From the IMG/VR virus record IMGVR_UViG_3300014890_000015, positions 1 through 45,853 of that record: 45,853 bases of DNA, one strand, 5' to 3'. This stretch comes from a virus. Taxonomy: Duplodnaviria > Heunggongvirae > Uroviricota > Caudoviricetes. Position 1 is the first letter of the stretch. Each line of letters opens with the position of its first letter. Shown here piece by piece: positions 28,203 to 37,142 of the stretch. The notes under the pieces are model-generated. The model made no database searches and was not told the origin of the DNA. It was given only the letters and a program-made list of their open reading frames with translations. The translations under genes and the position numbers were made by a program.

Positions 28203-28376
28203 TCATTCGCGAACCACCTTGAAACCGAGCCTTTCAAGGTATTCAATGAATGCCTCGATAGATAAAATTACATGATCATCAGGGATTAACGTTGTGTAGA
28301 CAACTTTCCCATTCTCAACGCGCACAGCATAGAGGCCATTTTCACTAAAAATTTCACGCAATTCTTCGATTTTCAT
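28203..28376 (-). CDS. hypothetical protein (57 aa)
   Basis: ATG preceded by GGAAGGA RBS. Confidence 0.35.
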   Translation of the reverse strand: MKIEELREIFSENGLYAVRVENGKVVYTTLIPDDHVILSIEAFIEYLERLGFKVVRE

Positions 28377-28566
28377 CTTCAGAATCCTTCCAGATAAATA
28401 GCTCTTCCCCTTCGGGGTCCATCCCTCTTCTCCCTGCGCGCTACTTAAGAGCCTCGATTCTAGCCGTGAAGACATACCGATCAACAGCAATAAGCCACCT
28501 GAATAACAGAATCAGCCAGCCACATCAGTACAACCAGATGCATCATGCTCACCGAAAATAAACAAC

Positions 28567-28590
28567 AAAAAACCCGCCGAAGCGGGTTTT
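28567..28590 (-). terminator. terminator hairpin downstream of Doc-like gene
   Basis: AAAAAACCCGCCGAAGCGGGTTTT; T-run on coding strand. Confidence 0.55.
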
Positions 28591-28604
28591 CATTAGAAGC
28601 ATCT

Positions 28605-29090
28605 TTAGTTTTGCTGTTCTATTTTAAGCTTGATAGTTTCATACAAAACAATAGTTGCGCCTGTTTTACATAATTCCCGACTGTCATACGCACGAGACCA
28701 ATAACACAACCAATTTTCAAGCTCTTCTCGTGTATAAATTTTACAGGCCAGCCCCTCAGCCATCTCCACAACTTCATCGCCTGGTGCGGTTAATTCGTAT
28801 CCATTTAACAATAAAAAAACCGCACCAGCCATCATTGCTGTGCGCTTGTTTGCATTGGCAAATGGATGATTCTGAATCAGACTTTCAATCAATACCGATG
28901 CCAGTACAAACATGTCGTTGGTTTGCTCATACCATCGAACCATACTGGGACGAGACTGAGAAGAGCTTAAATTATCAACACTCAGCACACCAACAGGTTC
29001 ATCTGGTGTTTGAAGCTCAATTAAAAGGCGATTAATTTCAGTAAGATCATCAACCGAAAGGTAGTGCACTCCTTCAACAATCTCAGCCAT
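28605..29090 (-). CDS. Doc-like (Fic/Doc family) toxin
   Basis: HPFANANKRTAMMAG matches the Doc H-x-F-x-(D/N)-(A/G)-N-K-R signature; 9-nt gap after an upstream small ORF. Confidence 0.65.
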   Translation of the reverse strand: MAEIVEGVHYLSVDDLTEINRLLIELQTPDEPVGVLSVDNLSSSQSRPSMVRWYEQTNDMFVLASVLIESLIQNHPFANANKRTAMMAGAVFLLLNGYELTAPGDEVVEMAEGLACKIYTREELENWLCYWSRAYDSRELCKTGATIVLYETIKLKIEQQN

Positions 29091-29108
29091 AGAGCACAAT
29101 ACCCATCA

Positions 29109-29288
29109 TTACACTTTTGAAAGATCTTCCATTGCCTTCTCGTAACGAGAAAAACCGAAATCGAAAGCATTTTTCACCTGCTCACGATGAGTGCAATTTT
29201 CATCGATAGCCGGGCGCGGAGCTGCCACAACGCTTTTATCGCGAGGGGGAATAGTCAATCGCGGGTGTTTTTTTAGTGCGTAGCTCAT
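29109..29288 (-). CDS. putative antitoxin partner of Doc-like toxin (59 aa; not in ORF track)
   Basis: ATG with AAGGG RBS; stop 9 nt before toxin start; palindromic operator-like sequence (29351-29374) in its upstream region. Confidence 0.4.
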   Translation of the reverse strand: MSYALKKHPRLTIPPRDKSVVAAPRPAIDENCTHREQVKNAFDFGFSRYEKAMEDLSKV

Positions 29289-29406
29289 TGGTGTACCCTT
29301 ACTTCTCTGTCCTGTTCTTTAACAAAAATTAAGTCAATACAAAATTAGTCAGGCTAATGTTGTTAGCATAGCCTAATACCAATCGTATTCACAACCACAG
29401 TACGTG

Positions 29407-29427
29407 AAAAAACCCGCCGAAGCGGGT
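29407..29427 (-). terminator. terminator hairpin downstream of hok (same 22-nt core as 28567-28590)
   Basis: AAAAAACCCGCCGAAGCGGGTT; T6 on the minus strand. Confidence 0.5.
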
Positions 29428-29497
29428 TAAGTGCGGGTGCGTTGAGGATGCCAACACATCAGAGGTGGCGGGAGATTACTCTCCCGCCTGGTCACTC

Positions 29498-29653
29498 TTA
29501 CTTCTCAGATACGTAGTCCACGAAGACAGCGACCTCCGTCTGGCCGGTTCGGATTCGTACCTCGCAGAGGTCTTTCCTCGTTACCAGTGCCGTCACTATG
29601 ACGGTTAAACAGATGACGATCAGGGCGATTAACATCGCCTTTTGCTGCTTCAT
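29498..29653 (-). CDS. hok: Hok/Gef-family type I toxin
   Basis: 51 aa MKQQKAMLIALIVICLTVIVTALVTRKDLCEVRIRTGQTEVAVF... ; AAGGAG RBS; upstream in-frame/overlapping leader consistent with mok-like region. Confidence 0.8.
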   Translation of the reverse strand: MKQQKAMLIALIVICLTVIVTALVTRKDLCEVRIRTGQTEVAVFVDYVSEK

Positions 29654-29992
29654 AGCCTGCTTCTCCTTGCCTTTCGGCACGTAAGAGGCTAACCTGATGT
29701 TGTCATGCATAGGGAGCCTCAGATTAATGTTAAGCGTCTTGCCGGACGCGTAATGTTAACTGGGGCTTTTCTCTGCCTGCCTTACAGTGGCATGCCCGAG
29801 GCAGACAGCCTCAAGCACCCGCAGCAATCTTACCGACACCGATAAGAAAACGCTATTTTTTATTGCCAGCACCTTCTATCCAGGCTAATTTATCTGCGTC
29901 AGAACGGCGCAATGCGCTCGCCTGAGATACGTTTACTTGCCATGGTAACAACAGATAACGGCAATTGTTGTTTCTGTTTTGTTTCCTTCAAA

Positions 29993-30025
29993 AACCCCGG
30001 ACCATCAATCCGGGGTTTTTGTTTG
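29993..30025. terminator. bidirectional terminator-like hairpin (CCCCGG...CCGGGG)
   Basis: Flanked by A5 and T5 runs; between the 274-aa gene and the hok leader. Confidence 0.4.
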
Positions 30026-30105
30026 TTATCCCCAACGGCAAATCGAATACACCACCAGCGCCACCGCCATTGCAATTCCTACCGTTGTGAACGCTTCAGA
30101 CCAGG

Positions 30106-30930
30106 TCATCGCAAAACATCCTCTGCACTTATCAGTTCGTTCCGCTTCAGGTAGTCCATCGCCTTATCCGGCAATTTACAGTCCGGCTTCACTTTCTTCA
30201 GTTGACTGACCAATTGCTTAACCAGCATGGTTAATTCGTCAGTCTGTTTGCCTGGTACTGGTGGATTGTCGGTTGTTCCATGACTGGCAGTACAGTTGGC
30301 ACTTCCTCCCTTCTCCTCCCGCAGCGGTTCAGGCAACGCATCCAGTGAAGCTTTCACAAACCACGCTGCCTGTACTATAACGCCATGAATCCAGCGCAAA
30401 TCAGCATCACGATCTTTCTTTTTCATCTTCTCGCCACTTAAAGCCTGGCTTATGTGGCTGCGTACCAGGTCTTCATGTAACTCCTTCGCATCCTCAATAG
30501 TGAAACCACCAGGCAGGCGAGCCGAGGTTACATGAGGGTTGCCTTCCCTCTGACTCTGAAGCATGGCGGCGCGGCAGGCGTTCCAGCCATCAACATAATC
30601 AAACGTATTGCTATCGTCTGGCTCGATTTCAGCCGGCACTATCAGCGCAGGCTGGACGGCAACATTGGCAAAGGCTGCACGCAAACCGGCCTTAATTTCC
30701 TCTACTTCATCAGCGCCTAGCGATGAATCTGACAATGCGTGATGGAATGCGTAAGCCATGTCGTCGTTGATTTCTACAGACACACTATCAGCCTTGCGGC
30801 GCTCCTGTAGCTCGCGCAGAGCCGCTGCAACATAATGACTATTGTGCTGGTCAGCCCACAGAATGAGCCGAATCAACGTTGCATTTGAAACGTATTCGTC
30901 TGTTAGTTTGCTATTGGTAAAAGTGGTCAT
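30106..30930 (-). CDS. hypothetical protein (274 aa)
   Basis: Long ORF in nin-like region; no family recognised. Confidence 0.4.
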   Translation of the reverse strand: MTTFTNSKLTDEYVSNATLIRLILWADQHNSHYVAAALRELQERRKADSVSVEINDDMAYAFHHALSDSSLGADEVEEIKAGLRAAFANVAVQPALIVPAEIEPDDSNTFDYVDGWNACRAAMLQSQREGNPHVTSARLPGGFTIEDAKELHEDLVRSHISQALSGEKMKKKDRDADLRWIHGVIVQAAWFVKASLDALPEPLREEKGGSANCTASHGTTDNPPVPGKQTDELTMLVKQLVSQLKKVKPDCKLPDKAMDYLKRNELISAEDVLR

Positions 30931-30982
30931 GCCGTAGCCCCTTCTTGATATTTTTCAAACCAGAACACAACCGGGTCAGATT

Positions 30983-31270
30983 TCATTTCAACCAATCCCN
31001 NNNNNNNNNAAGGAATTCACGACGACCATCACTGATAATTCGCCGATAATCTTCCAGGCTACTGCAATGCTTGTGCAGATTGCATGGGTGGCATGCCGGA
31101 ACCATGTTGGATATATCGTCACGATCCTGGTGAAGCATATTTCCAGCAAAACGAATGACCGGTTTTACGTGGTCTGCGTGCCACTTTTCGCCAAGTTCGC
31201 AGCCGCAATAAGCACAGCGACCGCCGAACTTCATGCGTAATTCTGCACGTTGTTTTTTCGTCAGTGCCAT
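30983..31270 (-). CDS. HNH endonuclease (3' end interrupted by 10-N gap)
   Basis: CAYCGC...HADHVKP...CHPCNLHK HNH/Zn motif; AAGGAA RBS at ATG 31270; Ns at 31000-31009 fall inside the C-terminal codons. Confidence 0.55.
   Translation of the reverse strand: MALTKKQRAELRMKFGGRCAYCGCELGEKWHADHVKPVIRFAGNMLHQDRDDISNMVPACHPCNLHKHCSSLEDYRRIISDGRREFLXXXXDWLK
31000..31009. other. run of 10 ambiguous bases (assembly gap or mask)
   Basis: Literal n characters in the sequence. Confidence 0.95.
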
Positions 31271-31271
31271 T

Positions 31272-31490
31272 TCAGTTTTCCTTATATGGATTAATTTTAT
31301 TGTGCAGTGTATTGAACGACGCCCATACCACGTCGTTATACAATTCAATAAATAGCTCAATTATTTTTCCGATTCCCCATACCAGAATTAAAGGGGATAT
31401 CGGTATCATCAACACGATAAACAGAATGAGAAACAGGAGTTCTATTACCCTGCTTTTTCGCGGATAAATTTTTTTAAATAATGTAGGCAT
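31272..31490 (-). CDS. small membrane protein (72 aa)
   Basis: AAAGGAGAG RBS; one long hydrophobic segment; AT-rich; 1-nt gap to HNH start. Confidence 0.45.
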   Translation of the reverse strand: MPTLFKKIYPRKSRVIELLFLILFIVLMIPISPLILVWGIGKIIELFIELYNDVVWASFNTLHNKINPYKEN

Positions 31491-31491
31491 A

Positions 31492-31686
31492 TCACTCTCC
31501 TTTAGTGCGGAAGTGGTTTTTCCAGCGGTTTTGTGCCGCGCTTCTGTTTCGCCAGACACCGTAAAAACGAATAGAGGACCACTCCCTAAAACCAAGATAT
31601 CTATAGCGAACAACAAGTCGATTTGAGATACGAATAAGTTGCCCTGGCTTTGCTATCAGCAGTCTTGCCTTACGGTTTTTCATCAT
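31492..31686 (-). CDS. hypothetical basic protein (64 aa)
   Basis: AGGAGA RBS; ATGATG start overlapped by stop of upstream small ORF. Confidence 0.35.
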   Translation of the reverse strand: MMKNRKARLLIAKPGQLIRISNRLVVRYRYLGFREWSSIRFYGVWRNRSAAQNRWKNHFRTKGE

Positions 31687-31853
31687 TTTGCTCTCCTGCG
31701 TTTCTTTGCTTCGCGTCGTGCAGCAGCAATACCGGTATGGCGCTTTGGTGCCGGGATGATGTTGTCAGCCATCAGGATATTCGGCTTTGCAATTAGCGCA
31801 GAAGCCCAAAAACGAGTCGGGTACGGTAACAGGCCGATACATGCCACACGCAT
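31683..31853 (-). CDS. hypothetical protein (56 aa; not in ORF track)
   Basis: AAGGAGGTGA RBS and ATG overlapping upstream stop (TAATG); stop overlaps next start. Confidence 0.35.
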   Translation of the reverse strand: MRVACIGLLPYPTRFWASALIAKPNILMADNIIPAPKRHTGIAAARREAKKRRRAK

Positions 31854-32332
31854 TACTCACCTCCTTTGGCGTCAATATTTACAGCCTGGCAAGCCTCGTT
31901 GAGCACCCAGTCAACCGCGTCTTTCCATGCTCCGGTTTCAGCTGGCGGATTCTCACACTTTACCTGTTCATAGAAGCGTACAGCCTTAACCAGTCCGTCC
32001 GGCACTGCCTGTACCATCTGCGCCCTGACCCACGCCACCCGCGACGGGTTCATATGGCACATGTTGTTCCTTTTTTCTTCATGGTAATGCCCATTACTCT
32101 CGTTAAATGGCAACACCTCATACAGCCCGGCACTTCTGAAATCCGTGTGTAATTGTTCCAGTGCCGCTTCGCTGGGGGCACCAATTAATGTGAGATAATC
32201 AAAAAGATTGGCGCATAAACCATAACTTTGAGAAAACACCCCGCCGGGTTTCGCCCCATTACTCAGCCACAAATCATAAGCAATATAAAACCCGTAAAGC
32301 TGTTGTCTGATATTTTCTTTGATGTCTTGCAT
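31853..32332 (-). CDS. hypothetical protein (159 aa)
   Basis: GGTGA RBS before ATG 32332. Confidence 0.4.
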   Translation of the reverse strand: MQDIKENIRQQLYGFYIAYDLWLSNGAKPGGVFSQSYGLCANLFDYLTLIGAPSEAALEQLHTDFRSAGLYEVLPFNESNGHYHEEKRNNMCHMNPSRVAWVRAQMVQAVPDGLVKAVRFYEQVKCENPPAETGAWKDAVDWVLNEACQAVNIDAKGGE

Positions 32333-32427
32333 TATTTATCACCGCCCTTTAGGGCGGCCTCCTGATGTTCTGAGGGTGCAGAAATCCCTCCGGTTAAGGA
32401 TTAAATTTTTAACAGTGCTAAATTTAT

Positions 32428-32784
32428 TTATTCAGTTCTGGGTTTTGTCGCCCTGCGTATCCGCGCTTTCGCGTTACGCTCAATCTGAATTAACTTTTCT
32501 ATATTTTTCCGTCTTTCCTGTTCCTCCTGGCGCAATAGCCTTACATCATCTGCCAGTCTGGTTTCTCTTTTCGCCACAGAGAGCATCCAGTCAAACGGCT
32601 CCACAACTGCACCGCAGATTTTACAGCGGACCTGACGCTCTTTTTCGTCAACCCGGACAGAGGCGTGATGGCAATATGGTCTTTCCGATGGCTCATAAAG
32701 AAAATTAACCTGATTACGTGGGTCATCCTCTTTTGCCGGAAATAAAACAATATTACTTAACTCATCTTCTGGTTTTATTTCCAT
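32428..32784 (-). CDS. hypothetical Cys/His-containing protein (118 aa)
   Basis: AAGGAGAGGAG RBS before ATG 32784; CHH...C..C pattern. Confidence 0.4.
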   Translation of the reverse strand: MEIKPEDELSNIVLFPAKEDDPRNQVNFLYEPSERPYCHHASVRVDEKERQVRCKICGAVVEPFDWMLSVAKRETRLADDVRLLRQEEQERRKNIEKLIQIERNAKARIRRATKPRTE

Positions 32785-33253
32785 ACTCCTCTCCTTTGAT
32801 ATGAATGCCAGCAACACGTAGTTCATGTTCTAAGTCAGCCAGATAAAGCCAGCAGCCATTTTCTTTAGGTATCATGACGTGGCGCTCATCATCATTTATC
32901 GGGTGTCCATATCGAAGACCGTAGCGAGTCGGCAAATGAACTTCCCGCGCTTCCAGCTCTTTAACGCGTCCCTCGAGTTCGTAGACTCTGCATTGTTCTT
33001 TATCATCAATCAGATATAACCCAAGACATTCGCTTTCTACCCAGCCACCGAAATCATGATCGTAACGCTCACACGAAAACTCACCATCGCTGTCCTTTGT
33101 TGGAATGGTGTAACTGTCTAATGGGCCGCCATACGTCGGCACATTGCCCAATTTCGGATGCTCAATCCACATGAAAAATGCACGTCCGGTTATAGGACAA
33201 ATATCTGGTCGCCATTGGTTACTCACTGTTTGCCTCCTGGAAAATAACTGCAT
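32762..33253 (-). CDS. hypothetical protein (start ambiguous: ATG 33253 or GTG 33226)
   Basis: ORF in nin-like block; AGGAGG lies 7 nt before GTG 33226. Confidence 0.35.
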   Translation of the reverse strand: MQLFSRRQTVSNQWRPDICPITGRAFFMWIEHPKLGNVPTYGGPLDSYTIPTKDSDGEFSCERYDHDFGGWVESECLGLYLIDDKEQCRVYELEGRVKELEAREVHLPTRYGLRYGHPINDDERHVMIPKENGCWLYLADLEHELRVAGIHIKGEEYGNKTRR

Positions 33254-33518
33254 GCCCCAGTTTCTCCGCCAGCGCCAGTTCTGCCTTAGCGCCTGCTGAC
33301 CGCTGCCAGCCTTTCAGCATGTAAATCGCATCCACACAACGAATCATTGCCATGCAAATATCCATGTAGTGTGGCTGTGTCAGCCCGTCTGGAAGTACTG
33401 CCAGGTTTAAGACTGTATGCCCTTCCCGTTTCAGTTCCTCTTCCGCCTTGTGGAACGCCTCACGGTTGAAATTTTTATACCCGGTCATTGGACCGGCAAT
33501 ATAGACTCTCACCCTCAC
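33219..33518 (-). CDS. DUF4406-like protein
   Basis: N-terminal VYIAGPMTG..NF..F pattern recalled as DUF4406; GTG start with AGGAGGTGA RBS. Confidence 0.45.
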   Translation of the reverse strand: MRVRVYIAGPMTGYKNFNREAFHKAEEELKREGHTVLNLAVLPDGLTQPHYMDICMAMIRCVDAIYMLKGWQRSAGAKAELALAEKLGHAVIFQEANSE

Positions 33519-33937
33519 GTCATCACCTCCTGAAAATTACCCTGATAAAACGCCAGCACACGCTGCATAACCTTGCTTTTCCGGCACTCGCGACAGATTA
33601 TGTTCTGACGCCTGTCGTAGCGGCGTATTTCTCCGTCTGGTAACGACCAGATAAGGTCCGGATCAACCACAGATGTTTTCTTCAGCTTTGCTCTCGAGAG
33701 TTTTTTGCGGGCGTTTTGCCAGTCCTTACGAGCCTGTTCAGACGGGAATAACCCGTAACCAGAGTTGTATACATCGCCACTGGCAACCAGCTCTCTTGCG
33801 AGAACGCTCATCAGATATCTTGTCGCACCTGTCTTGGCTTCCAATTGTCGTAACGTCTCGCGTCCACTCAGACGTACAAGTTCAACAACCTGCCCTTTAA
33901 TTTTTTCCCGCTCTTCTTGTGTAAATACTTTTGCCAT
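33515..33937 (-). CDS. hypothetical protein (140 aa)
   Basis: ATG 33937 placed after upstream stop; basic C-terminus. Confidence 0.35.
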   Translation of the reverse strand: MAKVFTQEEREKIKGQVVELVRLSGRETLRQLEAKTGATRYLMSVLARELVASGDVYNSGYGLFPSEQARKDWQNARKKLSRAKLKKTSVVDPDLIWSLPDGEIRRYDRRQNIICRECRKSKVMQRVLAFYQGNFQEVMT

Positions 33938-33953
33938 AAGCGCCCCCCGGCAA

Positions 33954-34715
33954 TCACTTTTCCGACACAATACGACTGGAGGAATCGACAATCTGTCGAA
34001 CAATATCCCGGTGCTTGTTCAGCTCCCGCAGCGCGGCGCAGACTCGCTCCCACTTCTGGACATGACTTTTCGCCCGACGCAGTTCACGGTTTGCCATATG
34101 CAGCGATGGTAAAACCAGGTCATCCGCTTGCGTTTCGGTGAACGATGGCAACGACTGCACAATGTCCGTCACAGTTTCTGTTTTAATATCTTCCTGTGCG
34201 GCAGCTTCCTGTACCGGTAACGCAACACCTGCTGGCTGAAGAGAGGCTTTACCATCAGTTTTCTCTACCGATGCTGCTTTCGGCTCTGCTGGTAAATTAT
34301 CGCCCGGTATGCAGTAACGAAATTTACCGCCCTGATTTACGCGAATCAGACGACCTTTGCTGATTGCCATTGCCAGCGTTGAAGCCACTTTGCGTGATGT
34401 GGTACCAAACAATGTAGCCAGCTCATCAGCCGTTTGTGGTCCGCGTTGTTCAATCGTCGCGGTTAAATCGCACTCTGAGATTTTCGCTACTGTTGCTGTG
34501 GTGGTTTCTTCCGGCAGTTCTGCCTGCGCTGGCTGTTCCTGCTGAACGTTGTTATCAGCCACACGCCAGGTGTACGCGCTTTTATCAACAAAACCAGCCT
34601 TTTTCAGTTCCCATAGTTCGTTCAGCACTTCTTCACGACTGATATCAAGTCGCGCAGCAAGTTCTATGGATGTGGCTTTTCCCATTGCTTTCAGTGCGTC
34701 AAAAACAGTCTCCAT
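33954..34715 (-). CDS. hypothetical protein, possible winged-helix DNA-binding N-terminus
   Basis: GGGAGA RBS before ATG 34715; follows DnaC-like gene. Confidence 0.4.
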   Translation of the reverse strand: METVFDALKAMGKATSIELAARLDISREEVLNELWELKKAGFVDKSAYTWRVADNNVQQEQPAQAELPEETTTATVAKISECDLTATIEQRGPQTADELATLFGTTSRKVASTLAMAISKGRLIRVNQGGKFRYCIPGDNLPAEPKAASVEKTDGKASLQPAGVALPVQEAAAQEDIKTETVTDIVQSLPSFTETQADDLVLPSLHMANRELRRAKSHVQKWERVCAALRELNKHRDIVRQIVDSSSRIVSEK

Positions 34716-34737
34716 TAAATTTTTCTCCCGATAAAAA

Positions 34738-35484
34738 TTACTTCGCAATTCCTGGCTGGACGACATTCGGACGCCAGCTCTCCCAGTTAAAATTCACCCA
34801 ACACCCGCCGTTCATGGTCATGCGATCCATAATCCTCTCGCCGAGCAATGTTTTCATGTCCTCATAGTTCAGGTTTGTCAGCATTCCCACGCTACGCATC
34901 GACGCTGTCCGTCGATCAATAATCTGGTGCAGTACCACCTGCTCGTTTTTCGTCTCTCGCTGAATGCCAATTTCATCAAGAACCAGCAGATCCACTTCGC
35001 ACAGTTCCCGCAAAAATTTTTCGCCTGACTGCCCGTCGTCATAACTGGCGTGCAGGGCGCTCATAACATCAGCCACGGTAACCACAATCACTGTCTGACC
35101 GTCTTTCAGCAGGCGATTCCCGATAGCTGCCGCTAAGTGGTTCTTCCCGGTACCAGGTTTTCCGCTGAACGCAAAATTTGTACACCCTGACATCAGTTCA
35201 TCAGCGATGGATTTCGCCTGACTCAACGCGTATCGCTGACCGTCGTTCTGCACCTGGTAATTCGCAAACGAACATTTGCGGTGCAACGACTGGATGCCAG
35301 AGCGATTCAGGATTTTTTCCACCCGCAACTGACGATTCAGGCGGTTGATCTCCTCGCAACGTTTCTGGCCTTCAGCAAGTTGCCACTCGCGCCACTCCGC
35401 AACCGTTCTGAATGGGGCGGTTACATGTGGTGGGGTCAGTCGGCGGATGCGTTCCAGAACGCCGCCTGTCGCAATATTTTTCAT
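34738..35484 (-). CDS. DnaC-like replicative helicase loader (AAA+ ATPase)
   Basis: Walker [16 protein letters not shown] and Walker B LLVLDEIG. Confidence 0.7.
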   Translation of the reverse strand: MKNIATGGVLERIRRLTPPHVTAPFRTVAEWREWQLAEGQKRCEEINRLNRQLRVEKILNRSGIQSLHRKCSFANYQVQNDGQRYALSQAKSIADELMSGCTNFAFSGKPGTGKNHLAAAIGNRLLKDGQTVIVVTVADVMSALHASYDDGQSGEKFLRELCEVDLLVLDEIGIQRETKNEQVVLHQIIDRRTASMRSVGMLTNLNYEDMKTLLGERIMDRMTMNGGCWVNFNWESWRPNVVQPGIAK

Positions 35485-35490
35485 GGTCCG

Positions 35491-36279
35491 TTACCCCCTG
35501 AAGCCTGGCGGGATCGCACTGTCCGGCAACGAGACGGTGTTAACCTGTCGGAGCAACGTCTCAGGCCGAACACCTTTCGGCGCGAACAGGCCCTGGTATT
35601 CATTGGCGATGCTGTGTCGAATCACCTGCTCAGGTGTAAAACCCTGCTGACGGAATTTTTCCAGTTCCCGTATCGCCCCGTTAGCGCCCTGCTCCGTTCG
35701 AATCGGTTTTCGCAATGCCTGTCTGAACCGGACCCACTCATGCCAGAGTGTTTCCGGCAACCAATCGGGCAGCTCAATAGCCTCCGGCTCGAATTTTTTA
35801 GACGCTCGTTTTTGGCGAGGGGGATTTAGGGGGAGATCAGTATTTATATCTTCCTCTTCCTCTTCCTCTGGTAACGCTTTTTGATCCGTTTGTGTAACGC
35901 TGGCAGCGTTACCTTTTCGTTTCAGTTCGCGTATTTTTGTAACTCGCTCGTTTGTAACCGCCCGTTTTTTAGAGCTTTTTCCGTTATGACGTTCAAAGTT
36001 AGGTAGAGAAAGCCCAACGTCATTTTCGACCAGCCATCCAACCTGAATTAACGCATCAGCAAAACCAGCCATAAAAGTGATGCGATCTATTGCACTTTTT
36101 GTAACGCCGCGAGCGTTACAATCTGCATTACCGTCTATCATTTGTTGATCCGCCCATGCCCAGAAGCGAATAACCTTCCCTAATGCGGCATCTGGATCAA
36201 TATTCAGAATCTCAGCAAGCCTGAATATTTCCGGCTTATCCGGCGTAATAACCTCGAGCTTTATCCAGTTTGAAGCCAT
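35491..36279 (-). CDS. replication initiation / replisome organiser protein
   Basis: 262 aa immediately upstream of DnaC-like gene; acidic E-run linker. Confidence 0.45.
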   Translation of the reverse strand: MASNWIKLEVITPDKPEIFRLAEILNIDPDAALGKVIRFWAWADQQMIDGNADCNARGVTKSAIDRITFMAGFADALIQVGWLVENDVGLSLPNFERHNGKSSKKRAVTNERVTKIRELKRKGNAASVTQTDQKALPEEEEEEDINTDLPLNPPRQKRASKKFEPEAIELPDWLPETLWHEWVRFRQALRKPIRTEQGANGAIRELEKFRQQGFTPEQVIRHSIANEYQGLFAPKGVRPETLLRQVNTVSLPDSAIPPGFRG

Positions 36280-36356
36280 TTGTTTTCACCTTGTAACGCT
36301 CGCAGCGTTACATTTAACTGATACCGAACAAAACAGTCCGGCGCGATTAATTTCAA

Positions 36357-36779
36357 TCAATGCACTACGACAGAATCGCCAGGCGACCCGCCGCCGCTGA
36401 AATGTGCTTTACGGTAAACGGCCTGGACTGCATCATCATGCGCATCAATTGCCGTACTCAACGCTTCCTGCGCCGCCAGTAATGCACGGCGTTCCAGGGT
36501 ATCGAAGATGCAGAGTCGGTGACGCAGCTCGCGCGGAAGGATTGCCAGAATTGCAGGGATCAGTTTCTGAATTTTTTCCCTTTGCGCTTCCGTTTCACCT
36601 TTTAACCAACGGTGATAGATGTTCTGCTGATTATTCCAGTCCTTGCCTGGTACCAGGGGCAATTCGCCGCCCCCCTGGCGCAGATATTCTTCAGTAATTG
36701 CGTTAGCGACCCACGCCTGCCCTTTTTCAGCGGCTAGGGCTAACAACACTGATTCGATGTGCTCATGCCTGATTTTCAT
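36357..36779 (-). CDS. YdaT-like (CII-position) protein
   Basis: 140 aa; resembles Rac prophage YdaT from memory; overlaps Cro-like gene end. Confidence 0.5.
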   Translation of the reverse strand: MKIRHEHIESVLLALAAEKGQAWVANAITEEYLRQGGGELPLVPGKDWNNQQNIYHRWLKGETEAQREKIQKLIPAILAILPRELRHRLCIFDTLERRALLAAQEALSTAIDAHDDAVQAVYRKAHFSGGGSPGDSVVVH

Positions 36780-37038
36780 GAATCAACTCCTGTGCATTTT
36801 GTGTGTTAGCCTTACATCCAACAGGTAAACCATCGGTCGGATTCGGGTAGATATCAGGCCGGAGTTCATGAGGTGTAACCTCGAAATTCGTAGCCTCTGC
36901 GATACGCAATACCTTTTCAGGGCTTAACTGACTACGTCCAGTAGCAGCGAGGCTAATCATTGATTGCGAACAACCAGCCAGCGCGGCCAAACAAGACTGT
37001 CGTACACGATTTTTTTTCAAATATTCATCTAATGTCAT
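36763..37038 (-). CDS. Cro/YdaS-like HTH protein
   Basis: GAGGTGA RBS; HTH-like segment; first gene of rightward early operon, divergent from repressor. Confidence 0.5.
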   Translation of the reverse strand: MTLDEYLKKNRVRQSCLAALAGCSQSMISLAATGRSQLSPEKVLRIAEATNFEVTPHELRPDIYPNPTDGLPVGCKANTQNAQELIHENQA

Positions 37039-37114
37039 AAGTGTCACCTCAGTAATGCTCACCAAAATATTAACCATACTAATTTAAATGATCAATACCT
37101 ATATCAGTTTGAGA

Positions 37115-37133
37115 TTATGAACTGTATTCATAA
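37115..37133. promoter_or_regulatory. operator-like palindrome TTATGAA-N5-TTCATAA in divergent promoter region
   Basis: 7-bp inverted arms 10 nt upstream of repressor start codon. Confidence 0.35.
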
Positions 37134-37142
37134 GATGGTGGT

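Noticed and set aside
31000-31009. Run of 10 N as a biological feature
   Set aside because: Ambiguity characters are an assembly or masking artefact; only noted because they truncate confidence in the HNH 3' end.
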